A program made the translations under genes and the position numbers. From assembly GCF_001194135.2 (NCBI RefSeq), contig NC_069000.1:25238643-25302642 (forward strand): a stretch of 64,000 nt of DNA, given 5' to 3'. Under the pieces are notes generated by a model. That model was not told where the DNA came from, ran no database searches, and saw only the letters and a program-made list of their open reading frames with translations. Within the stretch, counting starts at the first letter, position 1. Each line of letters begins with the position of its first letter. Origin of the DNA: Octopus bimaculoides (lineage: Eukaryota). Shown in pieces: positions 63,560-64,000 of the stretch.

Positions 63560-63960
63560 AAGTTTCGTTGGAGCTCCTGGAGTCTTGTATGCGTAGCGGG
63601 CTTACTACCTGCAGCCTACGGTACTATGCCATTCGTTCTTTTCAGCTATTTAATACTTTCCTGATTATTCTGGCCGTGCCATGGAGGCAAACCTTTTGTA
63701 ACAGTTCTACTGGGTACTCTATTCCAATTTCCTTTATATTCCTCTTGATGCCTTCTGATACTGTCCTCCAGGACCCAACAATAATTGGCACTATCTTCAC
63801 CTTCATTTTCCATAGCTAGGCTATTTCGTATTTAAGAGGTTTGTGCCTGTCTATCTTTTCGCTTTCCTTCTTGACTATTCGTGGGTTAAAGAGGCATGCA
63901 ACATCAACTATATAGCTTGTGTGGTACACCTTTTCTACCACCACTAGGTTCAGTCAGTTA
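63560..63960 (-). mobile_element. RLE LINE 3' fragment
   Basis: MKVKIVPIIVGSWRTVS...LQKVCLHGTARIIRKVLNS*; 3' UTR runs into (AAT)n. Confidence 0.85.
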
Positions 63961-64000
63961 TGCTCTAGCACCTATTCTATTTGGATTGGGAAATCTCAGA

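Overview
Eukaryotic, AT-rich, gap-ridden (many N runs) and almost entirely repeat-derived DNA. The tRNA-derived SINE families, the microsatellite load and the mix of RTE, R4-Dong, Tx1, Penelope and mariner elements look like a coleoid cephalopod (Octopus-type) intergenic or intronic region; the taxon is inferred by pattern recognition, not by search. I found no intact protein-coding gene, rRNA, tRNA gene or CRISPR array. All long ORFs in the track are N-gap, microsatellite or decayed-TE artefacts. Main content: (i) a cluster of three Penelope-type foldbacks at 2.3-5.4 kb, one carrying a complete type-I hammerhead ribozyme core with a long stem II and a palindromic stem-III loop, plus a second hammerhead of the same design at 23.7 kb; (ii) two independent insertions of a ~0.55-kb MITE with 37-bp GG-ended TIRs, 8-bp TSDs (Merlin-like) and an internal head-to-head telomeric (TAACCC)n/(TTAGGG)n core, one nested in a local Helitron-like cluster; (iii) a ~19-kb pile-up (44.5-64 kb) of R4/Dong-like RLE LINE fragments whose ends mostly abut (AAT)n tracts in a strand-specific way; (iv) a near-complete RTE, two Tx1/L1 fragments, five mariner pieces, one Tc1 piece and many SINEs. 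Approximate coordinates are +/- tens of bp unless motifs are quoted.
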